From Octopus vulgaris (Eukaryota): DNA of 64,000 nt. Shown here in pieces: positions 55,901 through 64,000 of the stretch. Numbering within the stretch: position 1 is the first letter of the stretch; every line of letters begins with the position of its first letter. The position numbers and the translations under genes were made by a program. The notes beneath the pieces are model-generated. The model was not told where the DNA came from. It did not search any database and saw nothing but the letters and a program-made list of their open reading frames with translations. The stretch spans positions 137,764,001 through 137,828,000 of the forward strand of contig OX597817.1 of NCBI GenBank assembly GCA_951406725.2, read 5' to 3'.

Positions 55901-56640
55901 GAAGAAGAAGAATGAGAAGAAGGAGAAGAAGAAGAAGAAGAAGAAGAAGAAGAAGAAGAAGAAGAAGAATGAGAAGAAGGAGAAGAAGAAGAAGAAGAAG
56001 AAGAAGAAGAAGAAGAAGAAGAAGAAGAAGAAGAAGAAGAAGAAGAAGGAGGAGAAGAAAAAGAAGAAGAAAAAGAAGAAGAAGAATGAGAAGAAGAATG
56101 AAAAGAAGAAGAAGAATGAGAAGAAGAATGAAAAGAAGAAGAAGAATGAGAAGAAGAATGAAAAGAAGAAGAAGAAAAATGAGAAGAAGGAGAAGAAGAA
56201 GAAGAAGAAGAAGAAGAAGAAGAAGAAGAATGAGAAGAAGGAGGAGGAGAAGAAGAAGAATAAGAAGGAGGAGGAGGAGAAGAAGAAAAAGAAGAAGAAG
56301 AAGAAGAAGAAGGAGGAGGAGGAGAAGAAGAAGAAGAAGAAGAAGAAGAAGAAGAAGAAGAAGAAGAAGAAGAAGAAGAAGAAGAAGAAGAAGAAGAAGA
56401 AGAAGAAGAAGAAGAAGAAGAAGAATGAGAAGAAGGAGGAGAAGAAGAAGAAGAAGAAGAAGAAGAAGAAGAATGAGAAGAAGGAGGAGGAGGAGAAGAA
56501 GAATAAGAAGGAGGAGGAGGAGAAGAAAAAGAAGAAGAAGAAGAAGAAGAAGAAAAAGAAGAAGAAGAATGAGAAGAAGAAGAAGAAGAAGAAGAAGAAT
56601 GAGAAGAAGAAGAAGAAGAAGAAGAAGAAGAAGACAGAGA
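55634..56640. repeat. ~1-kb (GAA)n/(GGA)n polypurine tract
   Basis: Tandem GAA with periodic GAATGA interruptions. Confidence 0.95.
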
Positions 56641-56861
56641 GCGAATCTGAATGTAGTATATAGAGCTATTTACACCATTGTTGTTTCTTTGTGAATGAAC
56701 ATGTAGAACATGTGTACATGCCCACACGCGCGAATATGTGTGTGTGTGTGTATGAGATACTTTTAGAGATATATCTCGAAGACTCTTGTGTAAACGTTAT
56801 TGAAACCTGATAAACGCTAATTCAGGAGTTAGTTTTTATCTCTTCAGCTTTTTTTTACTCT

Positions 56862-56919
<58 letters not shown>

Positions 56920-57106
56920 CTCCCCCTCTCCCTCCCTCCCTCTTTCTCTCTCTCTTTATGACTGACTTTAAACATAAATACTGTTTATACTAAACTACAT
57001 GAAGTAGAGATAAAGATAAATAAAGATGGGGGACATTCTAACGTTCTTAGTTTATCTGATAAGAATCTTAGCGTTCGGGTCAGGAGTTCAATCGCAATAC
57101 ATACAT

Positions 57107-57203
<97 letters not shown>

Positions 57204-57531
57204 CATATAAATATACACGCACGTGTATACATATGTATATATTTCAGAAAAAAAAATATATATATACAAACATGTATGTGTGTATGTATGTATTTATATA
57301 TATACACTATCCCAACTCTATGCATATAGGTATGTCTTCAAGTTGCACAAAAACACACACACACACTCACGCGCGCGCGTGCGCACACAGACACACCAAC
57401 ACACAGAGACACACACACAAAAGTCTGTGCCCATGTGTATTTATGTATCTCAGTGTGTCTGTAGGAATATGCATGTGAGTATTTTTGTGCAACTTAGAGT
57501 ATTACATATACAAGCGTAGATTGGGGAAAGT

Positions 57532-57565
<34 letters not shown>

Positions 57566-58013
57566 AAAACCTGGCCTCATAGATATAATAAAAGAATATA
57601 TCGATCGAAGCAAGCGTAAATGTGACACGAAAAATATGAGAATGCTTATGCGGTAAGTCACAGTTTTTGAAGAGATTAAAAATGGATCCCATATTATATT
57701 GTATACTGTTATGGCGACCGATTTTCATTTATAGACTGTATTTTGCCTTAGGAAATCTCCCATTAAGAAGACATTCATTAGCTACTCTGCAGGTACATAA
57801 TTTTGCATTAGAAAGATTAGTAGATAGTGATGCGCTGTTTGCCATCGACCTATTGACCGTCTTGTTTAATGTTTGGGAAGACGTGTGTTTTGTTACCCAC
57901 GCTTTTATACTCTCAGCGGTAATATCTTTTCTGGTTGCATTTTACTACTTTCACTAGAAAAAGACAAGTGCTTGTAATTAACCTTATCACCAATGATAAG
58001 GCTGTATTAGTTA

Positions 58014-58350
58014 AGGCGCATGGCTAAGTGGTCAGAGCGTCTGGCTTACAAGTGAGATATTGTGAGTTCGATTCCCGAATTCAGCTGTCTGTTGCGTCCT
58101 TGAGCAAGACACTTTATTTCACGTTACTCCAGTTCACTCAGCTGTAGAAATTAGCTGCGACGTCACTGGTGCCATGCTATATCGGCCTTTGCTGTTCCCG
58201 TAGATAACATCGGTGGCGTGGTGAGGAGATGCTGGTATGTATGGACAACAGCTGGTCTTCCACAAACAACCTTGGCCGTACTTGTATCTCAGAGGGGAAC
58301 TATCTTAGAACAATTCCATGATCTTTCATGACTGAAGGGAGTCTTTACCC
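58014..58350 (+). mobile_element. tRNA/CORE-like SINE
   Basis: GGCGCATGGCTAAGTGG (A box), GAGTTCGATTCCC (B box), GTCCTTGAGCAAGACACTT. Confidence 0.8.
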
Positions 58351-58894
58351 TCTTAATTTTATTATCCTTCTTCTCGGTGTTTTGTAAAAAGGTATAAAAA
58401 CAGATTCACGCACTTCTATATTTCTATGGCGATACTGAAAGAAGTTATCAATCCTGTTGCTAACAGCGATATTATCCGTATTTTTTCTTTCATAATTATT
58501 ACTTTTAGTAATTAGTTAATGCTCAGGAAAGTAAATACTGATATCTGCTAAATTGGGGGTTGTAGAGTAAGAAAGTTTAACGGTAAATCTATTGAAAATT
58601 TGGCGGTATTTACGCCTAGCTGAGAAGTTTCAAAGTGTGTTTAGATGTGTAAGTTTCAGCATGTAAAGACAAAGGAAGATTAAATATGTGATACTTCTCT
58701 TCCTATTTTCTTCTAATTAGTATTAATAGCTTGTACAATATACAATCTGTTTGTGTCCTTAATAAAATTAGCGCCGCGATTTTGGGTGTCTATCATTTCA
58801 ATTATTATCACTTATAGATGATCTTATTTAATTCATCATTGTAGTTATTGTGCTAATTATTATTATTGCTATCAGTGTTATTGCTTGTCATATT

Positions 58895-59270
58895 ATTACC
58901 TTCACCTTAGCGAAAGTGGAGGTATTGTTTCCAGTTATGTTTGTTTATTTGTTTGTCCATGGACAAAGTATCTCAAGAACCGCTGGGTGGATTCGGATGA
59001 AACTTTCAGGGTTCTTTGGCCTTGTAACTGGCACGAACTGATTAGATTTTGGGATCGATCCGGTACCAGACAAGGATTCTGGATTATTTTTCTGTTTTTT
59101 GTTTTACTTAATTTTTGAGAGCGGTCGGATTCATTTTTAGTATTCTCGTTTGTGAGAGCAGTCGAGTTTATTTCAGATATTTTCATTTAAAAAAAAACAT
59201 CTCTGACTAATCGTTGAGAGAACGTTAGTGTTGCTTTGGAGGAGGTTTGCACTCTCTGAGTGCTCTTGTT
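58895..59270 (+). mobile_element. Helentron-associated non-autonomous element (HINE/DINE-1-like)
   Basis: 5' TACCTTCACC..GTGGAGGTA hairpin, (GTTT)n, 3' subterminal inverted repeat GGAGGAGGT followed by hairpin GCACTCTCTGAGTGC. Confidence 0.7.
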
Positions 59271-59394
59271 TCTACTATTATTAGTAGCGGTATTAGTTTT
59301 TATAGATAGTCAAATTGGTTGCTATAGTTAGAACAGTAATTTAGATAGTAGAGTTCGTATATCTAGTTAGTTGATCAGCCAGTCAGTCAATCGG

Positions 59395-59547
59395 TTAGTT
59401 AATTAGTTAGTTAGTTAGTTAGGTAGGTAGGTAGGTAGGTAGGTAGGTAGGTAAGTAGGTAGGTAGATAGGTAGGTAGGTAGGTAGGTAGGTAGGTAGGT
59501 AGGTAGGTAGGTAGGTAGGTAGGTAGGTAGGTAGGTAGGTAGGTAGT
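59395..59547. repeat. (TAGG)n microsatellite
   Basis: Tandem repeat. Confidence 0.95.
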
Positions 59548-61644
59548 TTGTTATTTGGTCTGTTTAGTTTGTTTGCTAGTGACGCCATCTCGTTAATACT
59601 GTCTGTTAACACAGTTGGTTTATATACTATGTTAATTAGTTTAAAGTATTTACTGAGTTAGTAATCTTAGTACTTAATTAGGAAGTTAGTACAGTTACTT
59701 AATACAGTTAGTGGTTGTTTAATACAATTGGTTTAGTTAGTAAGTTGTCTTAGTAATTATTTAATACAGACATTTTTTTTATCAAAATGTGATATAAAAT
59801 TAAATTGGTAACCAGGGCGATCCATCTCTTCAGCCCGACCCACCTCAACAGAAGAGCCTCAATGCGATCAGCTGACTTGGTAGAAATAGTAGCTAAATTT
59901 CCCTCAAATTGCACGTGGCCTGGTTGTAGAAATACACTCGCTGAAAAAAGAATGGTGTGGTCATAGCTGGTAGGTCACTGATCCATGGCTTGCTAGGTCA
60001 TTTCTGACCTGGGATTAAATGACAATTACTGTATTCACTCTAAAAGTAATTAACTTTCCTAACACCAACGATGGGAAAATGGAATCTGTGATTGATTGAT
60101 TCTAGTTTCAGCTCACGAGCTGTGGCCATGCTGGGGCACCGATTCATTCCTTTCTAAGAGAATTAATAGGGACGAAAGTAAAAGTCAATTGTTATCACTG
60201 CAACTGAAAGCTGAGTTTCAGGACTAATTTTTCGGCGGTTTATCTCTTCATAACAAAAATTCTGTGAAATATTCGTGAAGTTAAAAGTATTTTCCGTTTA
60301 TTAAAATTGACCATAGCTGATTAAAAGTAAGTTTCTGTTAATTGTTATTAAAAACGTGAAGTGCCATGTAAGTGTGTTTAGTTTTATGTCAGAATGGAAG
60401 TTAAAAAGCTTTTAACATTTCTAATAAGTACAACGAAAAAAGAAAATTTAAATAAATAAAAGCTGGTAATTCTTTGTAAATACAAAGCCATTCACTTTTA
60501 CAGTTCGGATCTGAAAGGACAATTATTTTAACATTGTTTTCTCTGTGATGTTATGTTTTTTTCTATAAGCTAATTTTTCTTTTTTCCGAACGCACCATTA
60601 ACGAGAAAGTATGCCAGTCACAACAAGAAAATCAAATAAACACCATGGTACTCCAAGAGACAAAGCGATAAGACCAAGTGCTATAATTACGTTTACTTTA
60701 CCTCATAAACTGACAAGAGGTAATATAATTTAATTTCATTTAACTTAATTTAGTATTTCCGTGCTTGGCGTCTAATTTCACAAATTCGCAATCCTTAATA
60801 TAACATATTGAGAAAACGTCGCTAATATAACAATAAAACTAGTTTGATTCGGTTTTAACAAGAAAACAAATGCACGTAGAGTTCTCTGTAGAACTCTTCT
60901 CACGCAAACTTAATCGATTTATAAATTTTTATTAACTATTTTTACCAATACAGACCATTATGTTTTTTTTTTTGTTTTTGTTTTTACTCCGGCTCATGTT
61001 TATTTCATTTTGTTGTTTTTGTTGCTTCTCGCATCTTCAAAGGGTTGCCAGGAACGTCGTGTGAAACCGCTCCAGCTGAAACTTTGATCAGCTCCATGTA
61101 AATCTTAATAATGCGAGGAAAAGCTGTGTTACATGTTGGCTTACTACAGCATGTATGTGTATGTGTGTATGTGTGTCTGAGCGTGTGTGTGTGCGTGTGT
61201 GTGTGTGTGTGTACTTGTATGTGTCTGAGTGTGTGTGTGTATTCAGCGAAAGAGAGTCTTTTGTTACATTCTGTTTATAAATGTGCAACGCAGGCAGGAA
61301 AACGTTTCCTAACAAACAAAACCCTTGCAAGAAATAGGCTAGAAATATATTTCTTATCCTGCACGACAATGCAATGTATAAAGTGATACACACACACATA
61401 CAAGCTCTCTCTCTCTCTCACACACACACGCGCGCGCGCACACATGCACACAATGAAATAGGAGTGAATCATGACTGTAGGTTTCCCAAACACTTTCAAT
61501 TTGGCTTACAGACTTATCAACAGAAATATTGTCATCTCTCTCTCTCTCTCTCTCACACTCTCTCTCTTTCTCTTTCTCTCTCTTTCCCTTTCCTTCTCCA
61601 CCACACCCACATCCCCTCCACCTTCCTCTAATTACTAAGAAAGT

Positions 61645-62020
61645 TTGTGAGAACAATCCTGAACTGTTTATGGTTTTCTAGTTCTGACCAAACTGTTCAA
61701 TGCTGTCGACGAAAATGTTCTTTGGAGAGTTCTCAAAAAAACTCAAATGGTTTTATTCCCTTTGATGCAGGAATGAAAGCTTTTGTTTTATCAGACGATC
61801 AACTTTTAGATTCTTTTGACGTTTCGAGTGGCACAAAAACAACAAAAACAAAAAAAGCTGCGGAATGGTGGTCTCACTTTAGATGTACAATGGCAAAAAC
61901 ATGAAATATTTAAAGACATTCACATATCTGGAGAGCATCTCTGCCTCTTTTGGTGATGAAATGGTCGACCGCATAACCAAAGCTTACAAATGCATTCGGC
62001 AAACAGGTTTACTGAACGAC
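61645..62020 (+). mobile_element. highly decayed RTE-type reverse transcriptase remnant
   Basis: Frameshifted peptides LFMVF..LTKLFNAVDR, FDAGMKAFV.SD..L.DSFDVSSGTK and FTYL.S..DEMVDRITKA..AFGK align by eye with RTE RT motifs. Confidence 0.6.
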
Positions 62021-62826
62021 GGATAAACATGGCGTTTTATTACAATAAAAAATTCATATTTACCAGGCTGAAGCCCATTCTACCCTCATGTAAAGACCAG
62101 AGTCTTGAATGCCCTGTTAATCATATATCAATCAGATTAATGTCTTTCATTGTCGATGTTTTTGGATCATCTGGGGATAGAGTCTGAATGATTGAATTTT
62201 AAATATTGAACGATTCTCTAAATGTAAATTCGGTGGCATTGAATTCTGTCTTTTGCAATCTCCATGAAGATAGATTAGTCATATTGTCAGAATAAGTGAC
62301 AAAAGAATCCGATGATGGAAGAGGAAACACAGGAATACTATGGCTAACCTCAGAATGGCAAGATTCCGTCCAAACATTTGACAAAACTGTTATATTTTGG
62401 AGTCAATTGTGTTTCTTGACATTAATTCTAAGACGGAGTTAACTCCTCACTAAATACGAAGATTTTGGTTTTCGCGCTTAAATGTGAATAGATGTTTCTG
62501 GAAACTTTCCAAAATATAAAACTTCTGGATTTCGACTCCTTTTAAAAATATTGTAATTTATGGTAGGAAGTTATATATCATCCGCATCGGGTTTGTCTCT
62601 ACTATTTCTTTATCCTTTGTTCCACTCTTACATCTAATTGCAAAAGTCCCCATCACGTCTGTAAATTATTATGGGTTAGAATTATTAAAACATTAAAGAT
62701 ATTTCTTTGTATTTAACTCGCCATTCCATCTTTATCAACACCAACCCATAATGTCACATAACATTTCTGAAATCCCGTCTAGAATAAAATCAAAGAAATA
62801 AAGTAGAAGTTTGCAAGTAAGGCATC

Positions 62827-62984
<158 letters not shown>

Positions 62985-63165
62985 TTTTTTATGTTCCCAA
63001 AAAAATCAATATGTACTCACGAAAAATGTATTCAGTAATCCTAAAATTAAGTTAGATTGCTTCTATACCTTTACACAAAAACAAATATTAATATATTTGT
63101 GTGGGTGTATGTGTGTATGTCCGCGCGTGTTATTCTGATGGCAGGTACGTGTGTGAACAGAGAGG

Positions 63166-63213
<48 letters not shown>

Positions 63214-63436
63214 CACATGTACACACATAATATTGACGTCATATATATGTATGTGTGTGTAAATATATACGTAATGTCGAACAATGAGAAAGAGTGCTCA
63301 ACACTCCATACAAAATGGAGAAGAACACCATTCCTCCATGTGATCGGCAGGAAAAAAGAGATAAGAGATTTTCTTAACAAGAGATCAATAGTAGCCTTAA
63401 TACATACATACATACATACATACATACATACATACA

Positions 63437-63470
<34 letters not shown>

Positions 63471-63547
63471 CATGCATACATACATACTTGTATATTTATA
63501 TGTAAGTGTATGTATATACATACTGTATATATACACATATATATATA

Positions 63548-63648
63548 TTTCTTTATTACCCACAAGGGGCTAAACACAGAGTGGACAAACAAGGACAGAC
63601 ATAGGTATTAAGTCGATTACATCGACCCCAGTGCGTAACTGGTACTTA
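63548..63648 (-). mobile_element. SINE family A tail, inverted relative to the adjacent copy
   Basis: Reverse complement of ~63798-63900. Confidence 0.85.
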
Positions 63649-63670
63649 ATACACATATATATATATACAC

Positions 63671-63900
63671 AGCGGCGAGCTGGCAGAAACGTTAGCACGC
63701 CGGGCGAAATGCGTAGCCGTACTTCGTCTGTCGCTACGTTCCGAGTTCTAATTCCGCCGAGACCGACTTTGCCTTTCATCCTTTCGGGGTCGATAAATTA
63801 AGTACCAGTTACGCACTGGGGTCAATCTAAACGACTTAATCCCTTTGTCTGTCCTTGTTTGTCCCCTCTGTGTTTAGCCCCTTGTGGGTAGTAAAGAAAT
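63671..63900 (+). mobile_element. SINE family A, full length
   Basis: Matches the 28862 copy. Confidence 0.9.
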
Positions 63901-64000
63901 ATATATTATGAGTATGTGCATGTGTGCGTGTGTATGTGTGTGTGTGTGTGTGTTTGTGTGTACCTACGTGTGTTTGTCTTTGTATGTGTTTGTACTCCAT

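Noticed and set aside
55630-56727. 365-aa Ser-rich and 319-aa Arg-rich ORFs
   Set aside because: Artefacts of the GAA tract
62040-62600. Coding-looking minus-strand stretch including ORF 62199-62384
   Set aside because: Multiple stops and no recognisable motif

Overview
Eukaryotic, AT-rich, microsatellite-saturated genomic DNA. The tRNA-derived SINE families and the repeat landscape point to an octopus/coleoid cephalopod genome; this is inferred from family recognition, with no search run. No intact protein-coding gene is evident, and almost all listed ORFs are microsatellite translations. Recognisable content: one 5'-truncated, frameshifted R4/Dong-type (RT + restriction-like endonuclease) LINE; RTE and L1/Tx1 remnants; about 30 SINE copies of three families; Helitron/Helentron and hAT/mariner MITEs; and a U6 snRNA relic. 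The most notable signal is about 20 type I hammerhead-ribozyme (HHR) motifs from at least 10 unrelated small element families, most sitting in inverted repeats inside (TA)n tracts (Penelope-like pLTR architecture). These include U3-A8 core-covariant versions and a tRNA-headed, HHR-tailed SINE bracketed by a 14-bp TSD and split by the R4/Dong LINE. All alignments and folds were done by eye; element ends are approximate.
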